Shown: piece after piece, positions 1 to 17,479 of the stretch | Layout: each line of letters opens with the position of its first letter | How positions within the stretch are numbered: position 1 is the first letter of the stretch | Origin: the human T2T-CHM13v2.0 reference genome, Homo sapiens | Assembly: GCA_009914755.4 (NCBI GenBank) | Contig: CP086569.2 | Coordinates: 7,840,001-7,904,000, forward strand | Direction: 5' to 3' | DNA: 64,000 nucleotides | The notes under the pieces: model-generated | What the model was told of the DNA's origin: nothing | What the model saw: only the letters and a program-made list of their open reading frames with translations | Database searches by the model: none | Made by a program: the position numbers and the translations under genes

Positions 1-1290
1 CTCTGTGCATGCATTGTCGTTGATAAACATCTTAACAGGGTTCAAGAGCAGAGAACCAGTCGGACTAGAATTCACCAGGCTGGAATTTCCTAATCCTAGC
101 AAGCCTTGGGGCACTGCAGGAGACTAGGGGGTGTTTCATTCCTTATCTGCAAGTGCATAAGGCAGCCACTCCTAGAGCTGCCATTTTAGAGGCCTGCCCA
201 TGGGAATGCATTATTTTCCCAGGGCTGTTAATTATTAATATTCCTTACTGGGGAAATAATTCAATGATACTTCTCTTACCCGTTTCCGGCAGTAAGAGAA
301 GTATGGATCTTTCCTGCCCAGCTCCCAGGCAGTCAGATCCAATGGTTATCTCCCTTGTTCCCTGAAAATTGCTGTTATCCTGTTCTTTTTCAAGGTGCCT
401 AGATTTCATATTGTTCAAACATACATGCTTTAGGAAAAATTTGTGCAGTTAACACAATCATCACATGGTCCTGAGGCAACATACATCCTCAGTTTAGGAA
501 GATTATGGGATTAAGAGATTAAACTAAAGACAGGCATGGGAAATTATAAGAATATTAATTTGGGGAAGTAATAAATGTTCACGAAATCTTCACAATTTAC
601 ATTCTTCTGCCATGGCTTCAGCAGGTCCATCCGTTTGGGGTCCCTGACTTCCCACAACAGCTGTATGCTCGGGCTTTGTTCCTGACAAGGGAGCTAGGGC
701 TCTCTAGTCTTTTCAGAGATTCTGTGAGATTATATACTTTATTTTTTCTTTGTCTAATCTAATCAAACTAGATTCTTCTATTTGCAGGTAAGAACCCAGA
801 ATATATCCAGGACCCTTGGTTAAAAAGCTTAAAGAGAAAGGAAAATTCATTCATTCGTTAAATAATATATTTACTATTATTTATTTATGTTCTCTATCTT
901 GAATAACTAACTCATTTAAAGTGTTTATTGAGCACCAATTGCACACAAACTATTAGTTTTGTGGGAGGAAAAAAATAAATAAATTAGATGGAAATCCCTC
1001 CCTCAAGGAATGTTTGTAAAGTTGATTAACCATGCTAGAAAATAGAAAGTGAATGGTGCTGTGGGAGAGATACAGAGGTATGGTAGTATTATGAAGGTTG
1101 AATGGAGAGAGGGATGAGGACAGCAGAACAGAATCATTTCTTTCAGAGATGGCATAGGAGATGAGGAAGCAAAAATTTAAAAGATTTACGCAGAAAGATG
1201 GTGTGATATGTATTTATTGAGTAGAGAAGGCATGAAGAAGAGAAACTGTATGGACAGTATAAGCAAAAAGTAGAAACAGAATATTTCTTT

Positions 1291-1580
<290 letters not shown>

Positions 1581-4500
1581 TTATGTTCACTAATGAAATG
1601 GGCAGTGCGTTGGCTCTCTTGGTGCAAAATATCATAGATGAGGTAAAGAACATGTTTAGGAATATATTCACAATTTCATGAACACAGCTAGTTTCTCTAT
1701 TCAAATCCCTGGCAGACAGGAGCAAACAGCATGAAATAAAGAAAAGCTCTACGTTTTTAGAAATAGGTACCCAACTAATACACATAAAAATTGTATTTAT
1801 AAAGCAGAATGCATATTTAATCAATCTAATCATATACAACCTCAGCTAAATTCTTCCCTAAGACATACACATACCTGCTAAGCAAAAGGAATAAGATGTC
1901 TCTAGGAAACTGCAGAAGTTAATTAGCTTCAAAAATACTTCAGATTTGCAATTAAAAATAATTTTAAATCCACAGTAGCACCTCATTAGAACACAGAGTA
2001 TGGTGATGCATTGGATTTTTTATTAAAAATTGTTCTATTTGGTCTTTATCTCAATGTTTGTGTTCAGGTATATAGCTGATTAATAATGTAAAGTGGTTTA
2101 TTAAGAAATATATTTGCATATTACTGTGAAATCATGGTGTATGAAATGGACTAAATAAAGCCTATAATGCCCAGGAAAATATTGCACACTGCGAAGATAA
2201 TATAAAGTTCAGTCATTTTATCTATAGCTTTATTGTTAAGTTGTATATGTAGATAGATGGTAGATAGATATCGACACATATATGAATTTTTACAAATTAC
2301 AGAGTTTACAAATCTAAAACCCATAATTTTTATCTCAAAATAATAAAGATTAAAATGTTAGCAATGTTCATGAATTGGTCAAAATTTTGCATCCTTGCCT
2401 TGGATTCTTGCTTATATTCATCAATTTTAATCTAGATCAAGACACTTAAATAAATGAAAATATCATATTAAATGAATTTGTTTATGCACTGCACTTCTTT
2501 TCTAATGGTATCACATGAGATAGTGGGATGCATGATTGCCATAGAATTTATGTTACTGTTCCTGTGTTTCCATGCCCAAATTAAAAATAAAATTTTATAA
2601 CAGAAATACTGAAAATGAAGAATGATGACAAATTGAGCAGTGATTTTAAAAAGACAAAAAATGTTTCAACTTTTTATAAGCAAATTAGATATATATTTTA
2701 AGAACTTTATATGAAGTCTTACATGTATCCGAATTATACTCAGGTATAAATAAATCTTAACTTCTTTATTATGTATTCAAGTTACCTGGCATTCCTCCTG
2801 AGCATCTCAAACCTCAAGATAGGGAAAAACTGTACTCAGTAAATCAAGTAAATGCATACAATGACTGTGTATTCACAAAAAATTAAAAATAAAGAAAAAG
2901 AAATAAAGTTGTTTTAGCACAATGCAATAATAAAAATAGTCACTTAAGCACAGTGCTCAAATGCTCGCTTTACTCATTTCACTTCTCTCTGCCTTTTATT
3001 ATCCAAGATGGTATCTCATGTATGAGATGGACTTTACTAATAGAACAGGCAAATGAGGAGACGTTGATTGAGAGTGTATTGAATCTATAAATAAATTTAG
3101 CAAAATTTTAAATCTCAAAAATGTTGCTTTTAATCTGGAATATGTTATATTTCTCCTATTAATATTTTCTAATTTATCTAAATAACATGTAATTTTGTTA
3201 AAACATCTTGTAATTACATTTAAATCTATATATTAGATAATTTGTATAATAACATAAATTCCATATTTTTAGATTTTATTTCTGAAGTTTTCTTTACTGT
3301 TATAGAGAAATGAAATGGGAGAAGGCCTCTATTTTTCCCATTTTACTGTAAGTCTGTTGGGTAAAGGACTGGCTCCTCAATCCTTATTGTATCAACAACA
3401 CTAAACAGGACGTGTATGACGAATACAACTTTGTTGAACCAAAGAAAGAAAATTTTGTAGGACCATATATACATATGTATCCAGAAAACTCACATCTGTA
3501 TTTTGTGTTTGCTCCTTCTTGTGACTTCTAACAGTAAGTCCTTAGCAACAGCATCCTCTCATCCTAAAATGGAAATGATATGGCCCAAATGCACAATGCT
3601 AAATTATTTGATCATAAATTGGGAGTCTTCTCTCTGAATACTAACAATAAGCATTATCTCCAATACTAACGCGTGCACAAAGTGTAATTAGATAACATTT
3701 AGAGATTGTTCAAAAGCCAAAACCACAAATAAGGCAACAATTCTAAAAATTTAATTTTCTCAACAAGGTCCTTTTTAAAATTATTATTATATTTAAGTTC
3801 TGGGGTACATGTGCAAAACATGCAGGTTAGTTACATAGGTATACACATGCCATGGTGGCTTGCTGCACTCATCAAACCGTCATCTGCATTAGGTAATTTT
3901 CCTAATGCTCTCCCTCCCCTATCCCCCACCAACGACATGCTCCAGTGTATAATGTTCCCCTTCCTGTGTCCATGTGTTCTCATTGTTCAACTCCTACTTA
4001 TGAGTGAGAACATGAGGTGTTTGGTTTTCTCTTCTTGTGTTAGTTTGCAGAGAATGATGGTTTCCAGCTTCATCCATGTCCCTGCAAAGGAGATAAACTC
4101 ATGATTTTTATGTCTGCATAGTATTCCGACGTGTATATATGCCATATTTTCTTGATGCATTGCAACACTGATGGGCATTTGGGTTGGTTCCAAGTCTTTG
4201 CTATTGTGAACAGTGCCATAATAAACATACGTGTGCATGTATCTTACCAGTAGAATGCTTTATAATCTTTGGCTATACAACCAGTAATGGTATTCCTGGG
4301 TCCAATGGTATTTCTAGTTCTAGATCCTTGAGGAATCACCACACTATCTTTCACAATGGTTGAACTAATTTGCACTACTACCAACAGTGTAAAAGCATTC
4401 TTTTTCTCCACATTATCTCCAGCACCTGGTGTTTCCTGACTTTTTAATGATCACCATTCTAACTGGCATGAGATGGTATCTTATCATAGTTTCAATTTGC

Positions 4501-5120
4501 ATTGCTCTAATCATCAGTGATGATGAGCTTTTCTTCCTGTGTTTGTTGCCTGCCTAAGTGTCTTCTTTTGAGGAGTGTCTGTTCATATACTTCACCCACT
4601 TTTTGATAAGATTTTTTTTTCTTGTAAATTTGGTTAAATCATGTAAAATTTTGTAGATCCTGGGTATTAGCTCTTTGTCAGATGGATAGATTGCAAAAAA
4701 TTTCTCCCATTCTGTAGGTTGCATGTTCAATCTGATAATAGTTTCTTTTACTATGCAGAAGTTATTTTATTTAATTAGATCTCATTTGTCAAATTTGGCT
4801 TCTATTGCCATTGGTTTTGGTGTTTTTAGTAATAAAGTCTTTTCCCATGCCTGTGTCCTGAATGGTATTGCCTAGGTTTTCTTCTAGGCTTTTTACGGTT
4901 TTTAGGTCTTAGGTTTAAGTCTTTAATCCATCTTGAGTTAATTTTTGTATAAGGTGCAAGGAAGGGGTCCAGTTACAATTTTCTGCCTATGGCTAGCCAG
5001 TTTTCCCAACAAAATTTATTAAATAGGGAATCCTCTCCGCATTGCTTTGTTAAGTTTATTGAAGATCAGATATTTGTAGATGTGTGGTGTTATTTCTAAA
5101 GCCTCTGATGTGTTGCATTG

Positions 5121-5158
<38 letters not shown>

Positions 5159-5238
5159 GCATCTATGTATAGGTGTATGTGTATATATATGCATATATAT
5201 TTAGGTGTGTGTATAAATATATATATTTATGTATAGAT
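5121..5238. repeat. (GT)n(TA)n microsatellite embedded in the L1 fragment
   Basis: gtgtgtgtgtgtgtgt then atatatatatatatatat, followed by imperfect GT/TA-rich units. Confidence 0.8.
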
Positions 5239-5678
5239 TCAATAGACTCTCAATATATACATATATCTGTTTTGGTACCAGTACCATGCTGTTTTGGTTA
5301 CGGTAGCCTTTTAGTTTAGTTTGAATTGAGGTAGTATGATACCTCCAGCTTTGTTCTTTTTGCTTAGGATTGTCATGGCTATGCAGGCTTTTTTTTTGGT
5401 TCCCTAGGAAACTTAAAGCAGTTTTCCTAATTCTGTGAAGAAAGTCAACGGTAGCTTGAATGGGAATAGAATGGACTCTAAATTACTTTGTACAGTGTGG
5501 CCATTTTCATGATATTATTTCTTTCTATCCATGAATATGGAATTTTTTCCATTTGTGTGTGTCCTCTCTTATTTCCTTGAGTGGTGATTTGTAGTCCTTC
5601 TTGAAGAGGTCCTTGACATCCCTTGTATATTGTATTCATAGGGATTTTACTCTTTTGGTAGCAATTGTGAATGAGAGT

Positions 5679-5924
5679 TCAATCACCATTTGGCTGTCTA
5701 TCATTGGGGTATAGGAATGCTTGTGATTTTTGCACATTGATTTTGTACTCTGAGACTTTGCTGAAATTGCTTCTCAGCTTAATGAGATTGCATGCTGAAA
5801 TGGTGGGGTTTTCTAAATATGCAATCATGTTATCTGGAAACAGAGACAATTTGACTTCCTCTCTTCCTATTAGAATACTCTTTATTTCTTTCCCTTGCCT
5901 AATTGCCTTTCCCAGAACTTCCAC
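5679..5924 (-). pseudogene. L1 ORF2 reverse-transcriptase remnant (FADD-motif region)
   Basis: The ORF translation ...[47 protein letters not shown] matches the L1 ORF2p region ...[47 protein letters not shown]. Confidence 0.8.
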
Positions 5925-6416
5925 TACTATATTGAATAGGAGTGGTGAGGGGTCATCGTTGTCTTGTGCTGGCTGTCAAAGGGAATGCTTCCAGTTTTTG
6001 CCTATTCAGTATGATATTGGTTGTGGGTTTGTGATAAATAGCTCTTATTATTTGGAGATACGCTCCATCAAGACCTATTTTATTGAGAGTTTTTAGCATG
6101 AAGGGGTGTTGAATCTGTTGACATAATCATGTGAGTTTTGTCACTGCTTCTGTTTATTTGATGAATTATGTTTATTCATTTCCCCATATTGAACCAGCCT
6201 TGCATCCCAGGGATGAAGCTGACTTGATTGTGATAGATAAGGTTTTTGATATGCTGCTGGATTCATTTTGCCAGTATTTGATTGAGGATTTTTGCATCAA
6301 TATTCATCAGGGATATTGGCCTGAATTTTTGTTGTTGTTGTTGTGTCTCTGCCAGCTTTTGGTATCAGGGTGATGCTGGCCTTATAAAATGAATTAGGGA
6401 GTAGTCCTTCTTTTCC

Positions 6417-6715
6417 TTTTTTTTTTTTTTTGTGATGGAGTTTTGCTCTGTTGGCCAGTCTGGACTGCAATGGCATGCTTTCAGCTCACTACAACCACCA
6501 CCTCCTGGGTTCAAGTGATTCTCCTCCCTCAGCCTCCAGAGTAACTGGAAATCCAGGTGCACACCACCATATCCAGCTAATTTTGTATTTTTGGTACAGA
6601 CGGGGTTTTGCCATGTTGGCCAGGAGGGGGCTGGAATTCCTGACCTCAAGTGATCCACCCACCTTGGCCTCCCAAAGTTCTGGGATTACAGGCGTGAGCC
6701 ACCGTGCCAGCCCGG
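6417..6715 (-). mobile_element. Alu SINE (minus orientation)
   Basis: A poly-T run at 6417-6431 is followed by the reverse-complement Alu body (gagttttgctctgttggccagtctggactgcaatgg ... cctcccaaagttctgggattacaggcgtgagccaccgtgccagcccgg). Confidence 0.9.
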
Positions 6716-6896
6716 TACTCTTTATTCAACTGAAAAAAAGAATCGAACTGTTGTACTTTACTCCTGTGAGAAAGTCCAACAAAGAAGAAATCTAATAACA
6801 TCCAAATTTCCAACTGATCTTAGTAAACACTTTCACATAATCTAAGAAATAGAAAGTGCAAAAAAATTTGTCATGGACATTAAAGTGAGCCAGCTT

Positions 6897-7008
6897 CCCA
6901 GGTACTCGGGAGGCTGAGGCAGGAGAATGGCATGAACTGGGGAAGCAGAACTTGCAATGAGCCAAGATCATTGGAGTGAGACTCCAACAACAACAAAAAA
7001 AAGATTTG
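6897..7008 (+). mobile_element. Alu right-monomer fragment
   Basis: cccaggtactcgggaggctgaggcaggagaatggcatgaactggggaagcagaacttgcaatgagccaagatcattggagtgagactcc plus an A-rich tail. Confidence 0.7.
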
Positions 7009-10000
7009 GCCTCACTGACCTCACTACTTGGAATGAAGTATCTGCCAACCATCAAATGTCAGGACACATGAGATTGAAGGAGAGAAGCAGAAGAGCAGAT
7101 TGGGAAAGGAAGATTCCTTCTACTTATACAGCTTATGTTGCCATATTTCACAGCATCCATGCACTGTTTTCATTAACCATCAGTGTCTTTGGTCTAATAT
7201 GCAGCCCAGTCCTGCCATCTGGATGGTTTAGTACACTTCTGCCAATTAAAAAGTCAAGTTTTTTTAATTACAAAAAGGTTTTTGTATTTAAGGTGACTTC
7301 CTATATTTTTGTTTGATGAAAAAGTGAGTCACTGTTACTCTTATTTCTATATTCTGGATTTCTACATCAAATTAGTATGCAGTGACCGACTTACTTTCTA
7401 AGATATCGTTCAACATTTCATTAGGTAAAATATTTTTCTGAAGGAAGAGTTTATGTGTTTCTTAATGACATATTACTTGACTTAAGATTTGGGCTAGTAT
7501 CACCATTTATGAGTTTAGGCATTGTATTTTCTTTGAAAGTTTCTAAGCTGCAAAAATTTTAATCTGCCAAGACTTCATTTGATTAACAAATATGACAGAT
7601 ATATGGCAGGCATTTCTGAAGTCAAACACATTGGCTAATGCTTTAAGAATTTAGATATTTAATAATATAATATCCAAATAACATAAATTAAACTTTGGAT
7701 GTACATCTTACATGAGTGTCTTGCAAAGCCCATATTCATTACCAAAATTGCAATCTAAAATTGTAAGTAGGCACCTCTCATTACATTTCACAGTATGATA
7801 CTGTATAAGTCAAATGATTACTTATGTTTTAATAAGAGCATTGCCAGTGGAGAAATACAGTGAAATACTACTTTAAAGCTCAACATCAGTATTTTCTTAA
7901 TGTTACAGATAGGACACAAACAGAGAGGAGCTACTGTCTCTGCTGACAGCTTCAGAGGCCTGCAGAGACCTCTGAATGACTCTGCCACGGAGAAGAGCCA
8001 CCCTCTCCAGGGCTTCCCCTCTGTTAAGAACTGAACACTCTACCGGACAACCTGCCTACAGAGAGGAGCAAACCATTCCTCTGAGCTCTACTAACACTAA
8101 ATAATTTTTTTCTTCCTGTTCACCATTCACTTGTCTGTATACTACATTCTACCTTATTCTTTCCTACACAGGACAAGATCTTGGGCAAAGGCATCACAGC
8201 CGCAGACATTTCTGGCTAGAAAAAGACTGACACACTAGAGATTGGTAAAAATTAACAGAATTTCTAGTTCTCAAAAAAAAGAAGTTAAGGTAATAGAGAA
8301 TATATTCATAAGTTTACAAAAACAAAAACTAATAATGGCATCTATTGTTGATGACATTGTAAGTACTAGAAGAAACGTAATTACTACAAGGTTTTTGGAA
8401 AGTAATTTGGTATTTAAATACCTATAATTTTATTTAATATTACATAAATTTAGTATTTAAACAATTTCAATACAAAGTACTTACAGCAATTGGCCCAGTT
8501 TTCACATTTTGTACCACTTACTAAATACAAATAAAATTACCAGGATTAAAAGATAAATATACCATCATGTTTATTATAGCATTGTTATTAATACTAAAGA
8601 TTTGGAATGATAGAATTTTCCTCAAAATTGGAAAGATTAAATGGTACATCCATTGAAACCCTGGTATAAATATAATATTGATTATTATGTAGCTACTAAT
8701 GCAAATAAGATTGATATATGTCTTGCTTTGGAAGAAAATCTAAAATACAGATTTTAGCAAAAGCAAATTGTAGAATATGCATGTATACTATGTGTACATG
8801 GACGTATGTATAACGGTTTCAATTTTATAAATGTGAACATAAACTTAGCCAATGTTTTATATGCAAAATCCATGAAAATTATTGTCAAACTGCTGTTAGT
8901 GGTTATATTTGAAATTGGAAGAAGAAAATTATTAACTTATTTTCCACACATCTACTTATTTTTAAATGTTACAATTATTAATTTTTTTGTAAGAGCACTG
9001 AAAAACCAACAAGTACTTCTAGTGTTTAATTTTACAGTAAAATGTAACTTGGTTAGTATGCTTACAACAATATTGTGAGTATAAATATATGCTTTTATAA
9101 AAAACTGAGTTTCATAAGGTTAAATGACATATATAATGACACATGTCAGAAAGTGCTAGTGCCAAGACTCAAAAGCAATTGTATTTGTGGTTCTGAGTTC
9201 ATGTACTTTCCATTTATCTCATTATTTCTTGGCTATGTGTTTGTGAATGTTGAATTTTTCAGATGAACACATTTGGGTGACAAATTGGATATACATTCAT
9301 TCAGTTCATGTTTTTTGATGCGCAGACAAATGAGTAAAAGTCTTATGTATCTCAGAGAATCACAATGATGACAGAAATCATATTGGTTTCAAAACTTTTT
9401 TTTTTTTTAAGAAAACCTCGGACCAAGTAGGGATGATTTTTCAGCTTACTGCAGTAAAAAATAAGAACTTTGAGGGTGGAGCCATGATGGCCAAATAGGA
9501 ACAGCTCCAGTCTAGAGCTCCCAGCGTGAGCAGTGCAGAAAATGGGAGATTTCTGCATTTCCAACTGAGGTACCAGACTCATCTCACTGGAGAGTGTTGG
9601 AAAGTGGGTGCAGGACAGTGGGTGCAGCACACTGAGCATGAGCCAGAGCAGGGTAAGACATCACCTCACCTGGGAAGCCTAAAGGGTCAGGGAATTCCCT
9701 TTCCTAGTCAAAGAAAGGGGTGACAGATGGCATCTGGAAAATCGGGTCACTCCCACCCTAATACTGCACTTTTCCAATGGTCTTAGCAAATGGCACACCA
9801 GGATATTATATCCTGTGCCTGGCTCGGAGGGTCCTATGTAGGCCCATGGAGCCTCACTCATTGCTAGTACAGCAGTCTGAGATCAAACTGCAAGGCAGCA
9901 GTGAGGCCGGGCGAGGGACACCTGCCATTGCGAGGCTTGAATAGGTAAACAAAGTGGCCAGGAAGCTCAAACTGGGTGGAGCCCATCGTAGCTCAAGGAG

Positions 10001-10498
10001 GCCTGCCTGCCTCTGTAGACTCCACCTCTGGGGGCAGGGAATAGCCAAACAAAAGGCAGCAGAATCCTCTGCAGGCTTAAAAGTCCCCGTATGACAGCTT
10101 TGAAGAGAGTAGTGGTTCTCCCAGCACACAGCTGGAGATCTGATAACAGACAGACTGCCTTCTTAAGTGGGTCCCTGACCCCCGTGTAGCCTAACTGGGG
10201 GGCACCTCCCCATCAGGGGCAGACTGACACCTCACACAGTCAGGTACTCCTCTGAGACAAAACTTACAGAGGAATGACAAGGGAGCAACATTTGCTGCTC
10301 ACCAGTATCCGCTGTTCTGCAGCCTCTGCTGCTGATACCCAGGCAAACAGGGTCTGGCATAGACCTCCAGCAAATGCCAACAGCCCTGCAGCTGAGGGAC
10401 CTGTTAGAAGGAAAACTAACAAACAGAAAGGACATCCACACGAAAACCTCATCTGTATGTCACCATCATCAAAGACCAACGGTAGATAAAACGACAAA

Positions 10499-11515
10499 GA
10501 TGTGAAAAAAACAGAGCAGAAAATCTGGAAACTCTAAAAATCAGAGTGCCTCTCCTCCTCCAAAGGAACACAGCTCCTCACCAGCAATGTAACAAAGCTG
10601 GACGGAGAATGACTTTGATGAGTTGAGAGAAGAAGGCTTCAGATGATCAAACTACTCCGAGCTAAAGGAGGACGTTCGAACCCATGGCAAAAAAGTTAAA
10701 AACCTTGAAAAAAAATTAGATGAATGGCTAATTAGAATAACGAATGCAGAGAAGTCCTTAAAGGACCTGATGGAGCTGAAAACCGTGGCACGAGAACTAT
10801 GTGATGAATGCACAAGCCTCAGTAGACGATTCGATCCACTAGAAGAAAGGATGTCAGTGATGGAAGATCAAATGAATGAAATGAAACGAGAAAAGAAGTT
10901 TACAGAAAAAATAATAAAAAGAAATGAACAAAACCTCAAAGAAATATAGGACTATTTGAAAAGACCAAATCTACGTCTGATTGGTGTACCTGAAGGTGAC
11001 CAGGAGAATGGAACCAAGTTGGGAGACGTTCTTCAGGATATTATCCAGGAGAACTCCCCCAATCTAGCAAAGCAGGCCAACACTGAAATTCAGGAAATAC
11101 AGAGAATGCCACAAAGATAATCCTCGAGAAGAGCAACTCCAAGACACATAATTGTCAGATTCATAAAAGTTAAAATGAAGGAAAAAATGTTAAGGACAGC
11201 CAGAGAGAAAGGTCGGGTTACCCTCAAAGGGAGGCCCATCAGACTAACAGCGGATCTCTTGGCAGAAACTCTACAAGCCAGAAGAGAGTGGGGGCCAATA
11301 TTCAACATTCTTAAAGAAAACAATTTTCAACCCAGAATTTCATATCCAGCCAAACTAAGCTTCATAAGTGAAGGAGAAATAAAATACTTTACAGACAAGC
11401 AAATGCTGAGAGATTTTGTCACCACCAGGCCTGCCCTAGAAGAGCTCCTGAGGGAAACACTAAACATGGAAAGGAACAACCGGTACCAGCCACTGCAAAA
11501 TCATGCCAAAATGTA
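10499..11515 (+). pseudogene. L1 ORF1 remnant (start ATGGGG mutated to ATGTGA, internal stops)
   Basis: Collinear with L1 ORF1 (…ctggaaactctaaaaatcagagtgcctctcctcctccaaaggaac…); the start context reads atgtgaaaaaaacag; an in-frame TAG sits in aaatataggactat; the ORF ends at the conserved caaaatgtaa. Confidence 0.8.
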
Positions 11516-11578
11516 AAGATCATTGAGACCAGGAAGAAACTGCATCAACTAATGAGCAAAATTACCAGCTAACATCAT

Positions 11579-15375
<3,797 letters not shown>

Positions 15376-16529
15376 AACAATAAGAACACATGAACACGGG
15401 AAGGGGAACATCACACACCAGGGCCTGTTGTGGGGTGGGGGGAGCAGGGAGTGATGGCATTAGGAGATATATCTAATGCTAAATGACGAGTTAATGGGTC
15501 CAGTGCACCAACATGGCATATGTATACATATGTAACGAACCTGCACATTGTGCACATGTACCCTAAAACTTAAAGTATAATAATAAGAAGAAATTTAAAA
15601 AGTAAGAGCTTTGCATTCAGGCCATTCCAGCTTCAATTTCCAAATGAGTCTTTTATTAACATTTCACTGGTAAATATCCATAAGCCACTATCAACCACTC
15701 AAGACAAAACACCAAAGGACTATCCTCAATTTCTTCCTTCCTTAAAACTTTACATCAAATCCAAAATTAAGTTCTGCTAAACTTAGTTTAATATCACTGG
15801 ACTATGCTCTGCTCTCAATATCCACTGTAAATCCAAGCCACCTTATATTTTGCTTCATCTACTGCAATAGCTTCCCTAAAGTTTAACACCTTCTCACTTT
15901 TGCCTTCTCAAATTTATTCTCTATAATATTCCCTTTAAAAAAAATGTACATTATATTAAGTCACTCTTCTTAAGGAATGTTTGTGGAGGATATGTCTCAG
16001 AAAGTAACTACTTGATTTACCAGCATGCAAAAGGCCCTCATGATGTGGCTCCTGTCTCACGCTCTAGCCTCATATCTCAGGCCCACCCCTTATTCCAGAG
16101 TCAATAATATTTCATTCATGTTGCCCATGTTTTCTAGTTCTGTCTTGGTTCAGAGCTTTCCCCCTCTGCTTTTTCCCATACCATTTTCTGTTAGTCTTCT
16201 TAGAGCTGACCCTTTCTTCTTCTTCGGGCCTTAGATTACACTGTATTTTCTCACAGTTCTGGACTTCAGAATTCTGAAGTGGGTTCAGAAAATTATAATC
16301 AAAGTGTAGGCAAGGCTGCATTTCTTCTAGAGTCTCTACCAGAGAGTCCATTCACTTTATTTTTTTGTAGTATCTAGAAGCCGTTTTGCCTACCACATTC
16401 TTGAACACTCACCTTATTTTCTTCTCCAAGTCTTGCTAAAACCATCCACTTTTTAAATTTCTCAAATATTGAATTATCTCTGCTAATAAAGCCTTTTTGT
16501 CTTTCCTTTTAATTCCTTGAACACATTTT

Positions 16530-17440
16530 AAAGAAGAGTTTTAAGGTCCTTGTGTGTTAATTCCAATATCTGGGTCATGGTAGAGTCTGACTTCTTATTT
16601 GTCTCTCCTATGTCAATTTGCTCCTGTTTCTTTATATGCCTAATAACATTTTTCTGTGAACTGCCGTTCCCCTTTAGAGAATGGATTTGTTTTCTTTCTC
16701 TGAAGAAGGTTGACATTTCTTCTAGCAGAAATTGTTGGCTAGTCATACTGATGCTGTAGAACCTTTGTCTTATACTTTATTGGGATGAGACTGTTTGGAT
16801 TTTTTCCTTATTCTTATTGTGAATTCTTTATTCCTGGCTTATAGATTTTCTTCCTAATGTGTAACCTTTCTGCAATTTCAATAGGAAGCGAAAGGTTTTT
16901 GTCTACTCTCTAACTTAGTGGGACTCAAACTCTACTACCCTAAGTTCAACTACCAGTAGTTTGAGTTTCCTAACTGAGGTATTGCTCCTTACAAGAGGGC
17001 ATTAGCTGTGGGGGTCTGCTTGATTTACATGATACTGACATATGGTAGGACTATTTAGCATGCCTTGAGGAAGGACTTTCCAATGAAATCGACAAGCTGG
17101 CTTTTCTTTCTTAATAGCTGGTATTGTAAACACAAATTCTTCTCTCTCTCATATTCTGCTGGAGGAATGGTATAGAAGCAACATTTTAAATCAAGAACAA
17201 CTATAGGCCAATCTCGAGGAATCACTGCTGGGGAGGGGAGTCCCTTTGAAGGGGTCACATGGGCTGTAAATTAGCATTAATAGGATGCAAGTCATACAAA
17301 AACCTCCATTTCCCAGGCATTTTGGGAACGAGGAAATAGGTGAATTCCAGGAACTGGTAGAATGTTCAAGATGTCCAGCCTTTAACTGCTCCTCAACTAA
17401 CTCACGAGTTGTCTGTAATTTCTCTACCTTCAGAGGCCAC
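16530..17440 (-). pseudogene. HERV-K-like reverse-transcriptase remnant (YMDD box not recognisable)
   Basis: It carries the motifs [47 protein letters not shown] (ORF 17055-17258) and [18 protein letters not shown]. Downstream sequence is degenerate. Confidence 0.6.
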
Positions 17441-17479
17441 TGTTCTACCCAGACCAGATATTGAGAGAGTCAAGTCAGA

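Larger units (their letters stand above)
3777..6417 (-). mobile_element. L1 (L1PA-like) 5'-truncated fragment: ORF2 C-terminal part plus 3'UTR, minus orientation
   Basis: The plus strand at 3781 reads ttattattatatttaagttctggggtacatgtgcaaaacatgcaggtt, which is the reverse complement of the L1 3' end, preceded by a T-run (poly-A). Collinear reverse-complement L1 ORF2 sequence runs rightward to about 6417, where an Alu abuts it. A 6-frame ORF encodes an RT fragment. Confidence 0.85.

Noticed and set aside
15600-16500. Unassigned region right of the full-length L1 (ORF 16112-16351 and others)
   Set aside because: I could not match it confidently to L1, Alu, HERV-K pol or a known LTR. It is left unannotated rather than guessed at; it may be degraded HERV-K-like pol or an older repeat.
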